Source: Promethearchaeota archaeon
GTDB lineage: Archaea; Asgardarchaeota; Heimdallarchaeia; Hodarchaeales; Hodarchaeaceae
DNA: 64,000 nucleotides
Assembly: GCA_048938105.1 (NCBI GenBank)
Contig: JBHLMN010000012.1
Coordinates: forward strand, 132,876-196,875
Direction: 5' to 3'
The translations under genes were made by a program, and so were the position numbers. Positions 19,285-27,309 of this stretch are shown here, piece by piece (position 1 is the stretch's first letter; each line of letters starts with the position of its first letter). The notes under the pieces are model-generated. The model searched no databases. It saw only the letters and a program-made list of their open reading frames with translations, and had not been told where the DNA came from.

Positions 19285-19773
19285 CTAGTCATCTATTTTC
19301 AGAGTTTGAGTTTTAAGTAATTTATAATTTTTAGGAAATCCCCAATCTTCAATCTTATTGTAACTTGTTTTTTTTGATCGAAAATGTACCCATATTGTTG
19401 TACTATCAAGAAGTGGATTAGCATGGTAATGCTTTTGATCACCATATCGAAAAGCTTCTAGTACTAGGGGTAATTCCTGACGAAAAATTCTATCACGAAA
19501 CTTTAAAGGGCCAATTCCCCCACTTACTTGACAATAGACATGGAGTGAATATACATTTTCGGTTTTCAACCATTCAGCTAACACTTCATCCCGCATTATC
19601 CGTGTTTGCCATCCTTTTAGTTGTTTTTTGTTAAACTCATGGGCAATGGTGAGAAATAAATCTCCTGTCCGATCTGAATGGGTTAATGTATAGCAACGAG
19701 GTACTAGAGGAGAATCAATGGTTGTTGGGGGTATAAATGTAACATTTAGTTTATTTGGGTTTAAGCGATTCAA
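19285..19773 (-). CDS. Staygreen (SGR) family protein, Mg-dechelatase homolog
   Basis: PRCYTLTHSDRTGDLFLTI, QLKGWQTRIMRDEVLAEW, SLHVYCQVSGG, ELPLVLEAFRYGD and IWVHFRS...KIEDWG are collinear with the plant SGR core as I remember it (PRRYTLTHSD..., LQGW...RDEVVAEW, LHVHCHISGG, ELPVVLKAF.HGD, VWVYFHS...ECWG). Confidence 0.75.
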   Translation of the reverse strand: MNRLNPNKLNVTFIPPTTIDSPLVPRCYTLTHSDRTGDLFLTIAHEFNKKQLKGWQTRIMRDEVLAEWLKTENVYSLHVYCQVSGGIGPLKFRDRIFRQELPLVLEAFRYGDQKHYHANPLLDSTTIWVHFRSKKTSYNKIEDWGFPKNYKLLKTQTLKIDD

Positions 19774-19799
19774 GGTAGAAATCCTTCTATTTGAAAGAA

Positions 19800-21302
19800 C
19801 TAAGTTGTAGATAAATAATAGGGCTTAGGAGTAGAGCTTATTTTAGTATATGTAAGACTATCTCCAGGAATATCCCTACAAATTTCCTCTAACAGCTTTT
19901 TTGACAGCATGTCGAAAAATGGTTGGATCATAAACCAATAGGCTATCCCAATAAGCCCTTTTGGGACTATTCGAAAAATCTGATGAAGTTCAATTTTTTT
20001 GTGATTAATACGCCTTAAACGATATCTTAGGATGGTATAACCAGGTAAGATGAAATCTGTATGTAATGTTAATTCTTTCTTTGGAATTTTATTCTGAATT
20101 GAAAGAGGAGTCTTTTTCATCTCTCCCTTGTCCTTAAAACCTTTGAAAAAACCGTTTAGAAAAGCACCAAATTTCCATAAGTATAAATTGATCTGAAAAT
20201 TTCTATATTTCTCAATCTGAAGTAATTTGTTCCACAAATTCTCAGGATTACTAGTTAAAATAGCCTTACGATGATCTTGGAAGACAAATCCTCCAGACCA
20301 GGATGGATCCCCTGGAATGTGCCATTCAACGGGTAAATCATAATAGCTAGAATAACTTCCGTACCTAAGATACTGTTGGGGGTTTAATGCTAATCGAATT
20401 GCTTGTTTATGGTTTAGTAACTTCTGTGGAATCAATTCTCGTATCCTAAAATCATGACAAACAACCTCATTCTTCATTCCATCTATTAATGGACGAGCTA
20501 AAGATGATTGAATGCCTGTAATCAATCTTATCCAATAGGAGCTTAGGCTAGGAGTGAAGAAAGGGATAGGGAGAATTAAACGCTTTGGTAGTGCCATAAT
20601 TTCCACATAACTCTCCATAAACTGTTTATAAGTGATAATATCTGAACCACCAATATCAAAGGTCTCACCGATTGTTTCTGGTACATCTAAACAGTCAGTT
20701 AGATATTTCAGAACATTTCGAATAGCTATTGGTTGATTTCTTGTTCTAAGCCACTTGGGTGTAATCATAATTGGCAATCTATTGACTAGATACCTCATCA
20801 TCTCAAAAGCTGCGCTTCCACTCCCAATAATAATTGCTGCACGTAACGTTGTAACTGGTACTGAACATGAATTCAGTATTCTGGAAACTTCGATTCGAGA
20901 CTGTAGATGCTTACTTAATTTTTCTTTTTCGTCCCCTAATCCCCCAAGATAAATAATTCTTTCAATTGCTGCCTTTTCAGCTGCAATTATTGTGTTTTGG
21001 GCTGCAATTCTATCAGATCTAATAAAATCTTTTATTTTTCCTTCCATAGAATGGATTAAATAGTAAACCGAGGAGACTTCTTCCATTGCGTCTTCTAAGG
21101 TTTTAATATCGAAAACATTAAGATTTACCGTTTTCAAATTCCTATGATGACTCCATAATCTCATATTTAGCTTGTCTTTTGACCTAAACCCCACTCGTAC
21201 AATATATCCTTTCTTTAAGAGTTTTGGTACAAGTCTGGAACCTATGTAACCTGTGGCCCCAAGTACAAGAACTTCTTTTTGTTTCAAGGGAAATCTACTC
21301 AT
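19800..21302 (-). CDS. NAD(P)-binding Rossmann protein (atypical/extended SDR, NmrA/epimerase-like) with a long C-terminal extension (DUF2867-like?)
   Basis: N-terminal VLVLGATGYIGSRLVPKLLKKGY (GxxGxxG). The roughly 200-aa C-terminal part has no motif I can name; the DUF2867-like assignment is from memory of similar architectures. Confidence 0.55.
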   Translation of the reverse strand: MSRFPLKQKEVLVLGATGYIGSRLVPKLLKKGYIVRVGFRSKDKLNMRLWSHHRNLKTVNLNVFDIKTLEDAMEEVSSVYYLIHSMEGKIKDFIRSDRIAAQNTIIAAEKAAIERIIYLGGLGDEKEKLSKHLQSRIEVSRILNSCSVPVTTLRAAIIIGSGSAAFEMMRYLVNRLPIMITPKWLRTRNQPIAIRNVLKYLTDCLDVPETIGETFDIGGSDIITYKQFMESYVEIMALPKRLILPIPFFTPSLSSYWIRLITGIQSSLARPLIDGMKNEVVCHDFRIRELIPQKLLNHKQAIRLALNPQQYLRYGSYSSYYDLPVEWHIPGDPSWSGGFVFQDHRKAILTSNPENLWNKLLQIEKYRNFQINLYLWKFGAFLNGFFKGFKDKGEMKKTPLSIQNKIPKKELTLHTDFILPGYTILRYRLRRINHKKIELHQIFRIVPKGLIGIAYWFMIQPFFDMLSKKLLEEICRDIPGDSLTYTKISSTPKPYYLSTT

Positions 21303-21314
21303 TCTAAGAGGACA

Positions 21315-22085
21315 TCAATAATCTTGACGAGCTTTCCAGAAATCACCATAAAAGAAAAATCCAATCAGTTGAGAAAATACGAATATTATTGATATAACTA
21401 TTCCTAAATACTGTAATATAAGAATTTGATTACTATGGAAGATATACAGAGGGATAAAGTTCAATAAGAACCAAATCCACGAAAGAATTGGAGCAGATAT
21501 GAACATAAGAGATCTTTTCCATTTTGAAACAGATAAGAAGGAACTCAAATCATATTTTATTCCAAAAATAGGAAGTTTCGTTATAGGTGTCCAAGCTAGC
21601 AAGTTTGATTTACGAAATGTGGATTTGAAAATAAAATAATTTCTAAAGTTTAATCCTAAAAGAAAACCAAATATGCAATGGATTACGGTATGAGAGAGCA
21701 TAAAGTTTACAAAACTGATTAGAAAGAACAAAATAACACTAAACCAAAAATCTACAGAAAAATAAAAGGCTAAAAAATAAAGAATTTCTGAGATGAGAAC
21801 ACCAACTGAGAATAGTAAAGTTCCGACTTTAATTGAAAATTTTGGAACGTTCCAACTATCGAAGAAGAATTCATCAATTCTCCCTAAAATATCTATTTCT
21901 TCCTCTGTTATTTTTACTTTTCGTGCATATTTTACAGCAGTTTGATATTTTCTCCAATGACTCTTCCGATTTAATGTTCCTGTTTCATATGAATCCTCTA
22001 AATCCTTGATATTCCTACTAAAATTAGTGTTATCCATTTGAGAACCTTCCCTAGAACTGTAGTTCTTATTAGTTATACTTAACAT
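21315..22085 (-). CDS. Membrane protein (about 5 TM) with an intramembrane HxxxH motif, unknown function
   Basis: Soluble charged N-terminus of about 75 aa, then TM helices. LSHTVIHCIFGFLLG sits in a helix. The gene lies 59 nt downstream of heliorhodopsin. Confidence 0.5.
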   Translation of the reverse strand: MLSITNKNYSSREGSQMDNTNFSRNIKDLEDSYETGTLNRKSHWRKYQTAVKYARKVKITEEEIDILGRIDEFFFDSWNVPKFSIKVGTLLFSVGVLISEILYFLAFYFSVDFWFSVILFFLISFVNFMLSHTVIHCIFGFLLGLNFRNYFIFKSTFRKSNLLAWTPITKLPIFGIKYDLSSFLSVSKWKRSLMFISAPILSWIWFLLNFIPLYIFHSNQILILQYLGIVISIIFVFSQLIGFFFYGDFWKARQDY

Positions 22086-22144
22086 TATAATTCTAGTGAT
22101 CGAGGTTTGAAAATAAAAAGAGGGGAAGGATCATAATGACCCAA

Positions 22145-22957
22145 TTAAGCAAATATTAACCCCATAAATACAATCCAAGCTAATGCTGATTTTGCAAAGA
22201 GGCTTAATAATTGATAACCTCGTTCTCCATATAGATAATCTTTCCATGGGCCTATTTTCTTATACTGAAGAAACATATTCAAGGCAAAGCTGTTAAAGAA
22301 GACGAAATAAACTACTAAGGCAATATAGACAAAAGTAGGAACTTCTCGTCCAACTGTGTTAATACTCAAGAATGTATCAAGGATGACGATCCAGGGCATT
22401 ATTCCAGCTATCCATCCTAGGATATAAGGAGCCCAGCTTGTTTTTTCAGTATATTGGTTATAAGTCTCCATTAACAACCCAAACATGTTCATTAATCCAT
22501 TAAGCACGAATATCAGAGCAAGAATCCAAAATTCTAGTATTCCAAAAGCTAAAGCAATGAATATGATCATCACTGAACTGGAAAAAGCATACTCATACCA
22601 ACGTACTGGATTCATTTCTTTCTTTAAATTGGTAACATATTTGTTATATAATGGAAAAGCAATCAGTAAATGAGCAATAGCTGACATTAGAAGAAAACTA
22701 GCAAGCAGGATACCTGCAATGTTTTCAAAAGTGAAAAAAACTTCGGGGATAGGCTCAAGAACTGGACGAGTACCAGTTAATTCTTTTATTCCTAAATACG
22801 ACCTATAAATGTCGATTTTGAAGTTTTTTATTTCATCAATTACTAAACTCAGAGCAAATATAACTGTTGCTTGCACTAAGTGCAAGATACCCATGGCTAT
22901 ATTGAATTTCCGGAGATAGGAAAATGATATTTTTGACTTTTCAATGTTAGTTGACAT
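22145..22957 (-). CDS. Heliorhodopsin
   Basis: Seven-TM protein collinear with heliorhodopsin 48C12 as I recall it. LRKFNIAMGILHLVQ matches LQNFNRIAGVFHLLQ. NPVRWYEYAFSSSVMIIFIA matches NIFRWVEYSLSSSVMIVLIA (counterion Glu = E122, codon 22592-22594). FFNSFALNMFLQYKKIGPWKDYLYGERGYQLLSLFAKSALAW matches FFNSFALVQYLQYKGKGKWSNYLRGERAYIVLSLVAKSALAW (Schiff-base Lys = K256, codon 22190-22192). Confidence 0.85.
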   Translation of the reverse strand: MSTNIEKSKISFSYLRKFNIAMGILHLVQATVIFALSLVIDEIKNFKIDIYRSYLGIKELTGTRPVLEPIPEVFFTFENIAGILLASFLLMSAIAHLLIAFPLYNKYVTNLKKEMNPVRWYEYAFSSSVMIIFIALAFGILEFWILALIFVLNGLMNMFGLLMETYNQYTEKTSWAPYILGWIAGIMPWIVILDTFLSINTVGREVPTFVYIALVVYFVFFNSFALNMFLQYKKIGPWKDYLYGERGYQLLSLFAKSALAWIVFMGLIFA

Positions 22958-23176
22958 TAAGCAACCTCCTATGGATTTAGACAGAAGAGTCCTTCTTTAT
23001 ATATTCATTATGATAATTAAAACGTAAATCACCAATAAATCTAGATCTAGAATTAATGACTTGAATCAGGATGAAGTTCTATTACTGAAAAAATAAAGAA
23101 TCTATTATAATGTGAACCTAAAACTTGCTGATTGATGAACTAGTACTTCTAAAATCACAAAGAATGGTGAAGGCTG

Positions 23177-23953
23177 ATGTCTCTTACAAAACAAAAACAA
23201 TTTTTGATTTATGGTAACATCTTGAGCTTTTTATTAACTATCGTGATGAATTCTTTAGCCAACATCCTTCCTTTGAATGGAAAAACAACTGCAGAACTCA
23301 GTGACTCTTTCCCTAACTTATTTGTCCCCGCTGGGTATGTTTTTAGTATCTGGGGATTGATCTACATTTTATTAGCAATTTTCACGGTTTCCCAAGCCCT
23401 TCCCAAGTATAGAGAGGAGGATGTTATTGAAAAAATCTCCTATTTCTTTATTATAAGCAATCTGGCTAATTCATCATGGATTGTATTTTGGCACTTTGAA
23501 ATAATAATCGCATCCTTATTGGTTATGTTGATACTCCTTGTATCTTTAATACTAATCTATACCCGATTAGAAATTGGAAAGAAGCCCGTGAGTGAAAAAA
23601 TTAAGATCACTTCTCATATCCCATTTAGTGTTTACCTGGGATGGATTACTGTTGCAACTGTTGCAAATGTTACAGCTTTACTTGTATCAATAAACTGGGA
23701 TGGTTTTGGCATAAGTGAAGTCATCTGGACTGCAGTTGTAATAAGTGTTGCAACAATAATTGCACTAGTTATCGTATTCACCCGGAAAGACTATGCCTAC
23801 GTTCTTGTCCCCGTCTGGGCTTTTATAGGAATAGCAGTAAAGCAATTAAATACTCAAAACGATGTTGTTATAATTTCTGTTATAGCAGCAGTTATTTTAG
23901 TCATAACATTGCTTGTTAGACTTTCATTGGATTTAGTTCAGAATCGAAAATGA
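23177..23953 (+). CDS. TspO/MBR-related (tryptophan-rich sensory protein-like) membrane protein
   Basis: LFVPAGYVFSIWGLIYILLAIF, NSSWIVFWHFE and PFSVYLGWITVATVANV resemble the roughly 260-aa TspO-like family found in bacteria. Confidence 0.5.
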   Translation: MSLTKQKQFLIYGNILSFLLTIVMNSLANILPLNGKTTAELSDSFPNLFVPAGYVFSIWGLIYILLAIFTVSQALPKYREEDVIEKISYFFIISNLANSSWIVFWHFEIIIASLLVMLILLVSLILIYTRLEIGKKPVSEKIKITSHIPFSVYLGWITVATVANVTALLVSINWDGFGISEVIWTAVVISVATIIALVIVFTRKDYAYVLVPVWAFIGIAVKQLNTQNDVVIISVIAAVILVITLLVRLSLDLVQNRK

Positions 23954-24834
23954 ATGATAATAATTTTAGATCACTAATTACTTCACTCATAATAATATGC
24001 ATTGCTGCATGTCTTGCACTCATTGGTAGCCACAGGGGTATAACTGTTTTTGGTGGAATACCAGTATTTGCACTTGGAGTAGCTATTGCCTTTATAATTC
24101 AATGGATTGCGTTTATACCTGCTTATATCAAAAGAACAGAGAAATTTTTCGATTTGACTGGCTCTTTGACTTACAGTATTGTGATTATTTTTTCAGTTGT
24201 TTTGAGTTCTGAAATCAATATACGATCTATTTTACTGATGTTTTTGGTCTTGATCTGGGCGATTCGCCTTGGTATGTTCTTGTTTAGGAGAATACTGAAA
24301 GAGGGTGAGGATAAACGCTTCAAGGAAATCAAAGAATCAGGTTCGCGTTTTCTATTAACTTGGACTCTTCAAGGTTTGTGGGTTAGCTTTACATTAGCAG
24401 CTGCATTGGCTGCGATCACAGTAAAACAGAGGGTAGAATTTGGCGTCTTTGGTTTAATTGGTCTTCTGGTTTGGATCATAGGCTTTGGATTTGAAGCTGT
24501 TGCAGACTATCAGAAGAGTAAATTCAGATCTATTCCTGAAAACAAAGGAAAATTTATTACTACTGGATTATGGTCGATATCACGACATCCCAATTACTTT
24601 GGAGAGATCCTCCTATGGATCGGTATTGCAATCATTGCACTTCCAACACTTCAAGGTTGGAGATGGCTAACACTAATTTCTCCTATTTTTGTCACATTAT
24701 TATTGACCAAGGTTAGTGGTATTCCATTACTTGAGAAACATGCAGATGAAAAGTGGGGTGGTCAGGAGGAATATGAGCAATACAAAAGTAAGACTCCAGT
24801 ATTAATCCCAAGGCCATTCTTCAAATCAAATTAA
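23950..24834 (+). CDS. DUF1295 / steroid 5-alpha-reductase-ICMT superfamily membrane protein
   Basis: GLWSISRHPNYFGEILLWIG and EEYEQYKSKTPVLIP. Overlaps the TspO-like gene by 4 nt (ATGA). Confidence 0.65.
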   Translation: MNDNNFRSLITSLIIICIAACLALIGSHRGITVFGGIPVFALGVAIAFIIQWIAFIPAYIKRTEKFFDLTGSLTYSIVIIFSVVLSSEINIRSILLMFLVLIWAIRLGMFLFRRILKEGEDKRFKEIKESGSRFLLTWTLQGLWVSFTLAAALAAITVKQRVEFGVFGLIGLLVWIIGFGFEAVADYQKSKFRSIPENKGKFITTGLWSISRHPNYFGEILLWIGIAIIALPTLQGWRWLTLISPIFVTLLLTKVSGIPLLEKHADEKWGGQEEYEQYKSKTPVLIPRPFFKSN

Positions 24835-24966
24835 GGAATGCTAGTTACCCATGCTGAATAACTCTTCTAACGATTAAACTCTATAACATATAAAAGATCA
24901 GAGGAAAATATTGATAAAGCTGAATTTCGCAGTTCTTTCCTGATATATGGCTAAAATATTATTTAA

Positions 24967-25305
24967 TCAAACCAATGCATCTGATGGCCACTCTATATGA
25001 ATAATAAAGGATTTTGCTGTTGCACGGTAATATTTAAGAAAAAATCCATATTCATTTTGAACCTTTCGAGTAAGAAACGCTAAATCCTTTGAAACTAGGT
25101 CATCAAGATATCTTTTAATGGTACCAGGGTTTAGTTCGGTTTTTTGTTTCAATTCCATTATATTTAACTCCTTCTCGAGTAATAAATTGAGTATAATCTG
25201 CTTTTTTTGGTGGAATAATACTGGAACTACAGAGGGATCATTGATTACCTTTACTTTAGGAATATCAGAATTCTCATCTGAATCTTCAGGTTTATCATAG
25301 AACAT
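24967..25305 (-). CDS. ArsR-like winged-helix transcriptional regulator
   Basis: KKQIILNLLLEKELNIMELKQKTELNPGTIKRYLDDLVSKDL is a typical ArsR/HTH_20-like arrangement. Confidence 0.6.
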   Translation of the reverse strand: MFYDKPEDSDENSDIPKVKVINDPSVVPVLFHQKKQIILNLLLEKELNIMELKQKTELNPGTIKRYLDDLVSKDLAFLTRKVQNEYGFFLKYYRATAKSFIIHIEWPSDALV

Positions 25306-25325
25306 TCTAATGTGATCCTAGTAGA

Positions 25326-26168
25326 TCATTCTTTTCCTTCGGTTTTTGTAGTTAATATAGTTGTGTTATAAATTCGTGTTGAGATCAAGCTAAGAATAGG
25401 TATGCCAATGAGGACATTTATAAAAGTAACAATCAAAAAAATCAGATTAAAAAATAAAAATGTCTCCACGCTGGTAACTATTAGAAGTCGAGTGATATCA
25501 ACAATAAACATTGTGCCTCGAAAGAGTAGATGATATGTACCAATTGAAAAAAACAGCCGTGAGAAATGATGATTTAATATTAAAAAATTCTCAGTGAAAC
25601 TTTTTTTTATTTCTTTAACTACTATAATACTCGGGAATATTTCAATGAAAGTAATATTCAGCATAAAATCGACAAAATAAACAATAACCTTGATCAAAAC
25701 TAAAAAAGTACGATCTCCTCCATTTGACTGAATTAATTCTAACAATGAGAACATACTGAAGAGTTGTTCCAGAACGATAATTAACGCATAAGGCAATGTC
25801 AACAGTGCGAAATACAGCCAAAATTTCTTAAAATAGGAAATAGATCTTCTAAACTCTGTAAATAATTCCCCAGATGTCATAATATCAAATGTTAAACCAA
25901 AAACAGTCCTTGCGTATGATAGGAGTAAGAAGAATATTAAACAAAAAATTAATAGGATAATTGGCATGAGTATTAATCTAATGATCTCATTAAATTGAAA
26001 ATAGTTCTCTAGTAATACAAATCGTATAATAGAAATACCAGTAAAAACTAATATGATAATTCCAGTTAAGAATAATATAAATGTCTTGATATATTCTTTT
26101 TTATATTCTAAGTATACTCTAAACGCGATTCTTATATCAGTTATTGACTCCTCAAGCATTCTTATCAT
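25326..26168 (-). CDS. Polytopic membrane protein, unknown function
   Basis: 280 aa, about 6-7 hydrophobic helices, 20 nt upstream of the ArsR-like gene on the same strand. Confidence 0.5.
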   Translation of the reverse strand: MIRMLEESITDIRIAFRVYLEYKKEYIKTFILFLTGIIILVFTGISIIRFVLLENYFQFNEIIRLILMPIILLIFCLIFFLLLSYARTVFGLTFDIMTSGELFTEFRRSISYFKKFWLYFALLTLPYALIIVLEQLFSMFSLLELIQSNGGDRTFLVLIKVIVYFVDFMLNITFIEIFPSIIVVKEIKKSFTENFLILNHHFSRLFFSIGTYHLLFRGTMFIVDITRLLIVTSVETFLFFNLIFLIVTFINVLIGIPILSLISTRIYNTTILTTKTEGKE

Positions 26169-26422
26169 CGTTTCCTTGTCAAGGTAAAAATTGGTTTGTA
26201 AACTCGGGGTTTGTTTTTAATAAAAAGTTTTTTTCTAATTAAGTTTAGAGCACATTTTGGTTTTACAATTTAGATAAGTCGATTCATCAGTTGTTCAATA
26301 CTTCGTATTTAACAAAAATATCTAGACTTTAATAGATTTCCTTTGGTTTTGTTAAAATTGCAAAAAGCAGTAAATTTATAAGTTCGTTTTGCAGAAAATA
26401 CAAAACGGGTAAGAATGGATTA

Positions 26423-26451
26423 CCCGACAAATAATCTCTGTTCTACAAAAG
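26423..26451 (+). promoter_or_regulatory. CCGACAA-ATCT box (recurrent upstream motif) in front of the CPBP protease gene
   Basis: cccgacaaataatctctgttctacaaaag ends 18 nt before the ATG at 26469. It closely matches the block upstream of GTPase gene 46388. Confidence 0.4.
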
Positions 26452-26468
26452 TTTAAGGAAAAAGCGCG

Positions 26469-27239
26469 ATGTATATCGAAAAAGATGAAAATAAAACTCT
26501 AGGGGAGGAAATTAGAAGTGAAAACTCCATCAATTTAGTAGTGACAACTTTTCTATTAGGTGTGAGCATTTATGTAGTGGCCCAGCTTATCGGAATATTT
26601 CTTACTACTGAATCATTTGGTCCAATTATCGAAGGAGGAAATGTGTCAAAACTGTTATTAACTCAGTCAATGTTTCTGTTTCTCTCTCTTGTCACTATAT
26701 TTTTTCTGACTAAAGGAAAATTAACTCACTATGGATTAAATAAACCTATCGGAGCAGTAAAATGGGGATATATTATTGGATTAGGATTATTGATTGGTTC
26801 AATTGCTACCATCCTCATTATTGTAACAGGAGCAAATGGAAATCCTGCTTTAACAGGTCTAGGTATTAGAGAAAAAATAGTCTTACTTTGGTTTTTAGCT
26901 AGTATAGCAGAAGAAGTTTTCGTTAGAGGTTTATTACAGGGGTATCTGAATCCTCTAGAGGGTATGAAAATTAGTATTGGTAAGCAAAATTTCTCATATC
27001 CAGTTGTTTTCAGTGCTATATTTTTTGGTACCATCCATCTACCGCTAGTATTTTTTGGGGCAGACCTTATCACAATTTGTATTATCTTTTCAATGACAAT
27101 AACTCTGGGTTTCTTTACAGCCTCTTTACGAGAGAAATATCAAAGTATATTACCTTCAATTGGCATTCATATTACAACAAATATTGGAGGAACAATGCTA
27201 GGTCCAATAATATATGCAATCTTGGTAGGATCAATTTAA
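26469..27239 (+). CDS. CPBP family (CAAX-protease/Abi-like) intramembrane metalloprotease
   Basis: EEVFVRGLLQ (EExxxR), FGTIH and a late conserved His (IGIHITTN) in a polytopic protein. Confidence 0.65.
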   Translation: MYIEKDENKTLGEEIRSENSINLVVTTFLLGVSIYVVAQLIGIFLTTESFGPIIEGGNVSKLLLTQSMFLFLSLVTIFFLTKGKLTHYGLNKPIGAVKWGYIIGLGLLIGSIATILIIVTGANGNPALTGLGIREKIVLLWFLASIAEEVFVRGLLQGYLNPLEGMKISIGKQNFSYPVVFSAIFFGTIHLPLVFFGADLITICIIFSMTITLGFFTASLREKYQSILPSIGIHITTNIGGTMLGPIIYAILVGSI

Positions 27240-27309
27240 TTGGGATCCCCATCAATAGGTGAATAATTCGTTCTCTTAAGTTGTTTCAAGGTCAATATGT
27301 AGTTTCTGA

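Noticed and set aside
21315-22085. Calling the HxxxH membrane protein a Blh/Brp beta-carotene dioxygenase outright.
   Set aside because: Apart from one HxxxH pair it lacks the four-His pattern and the other conserved blocks I remember for Blh/Brp. I keep it only as a hypothesis in the findings.
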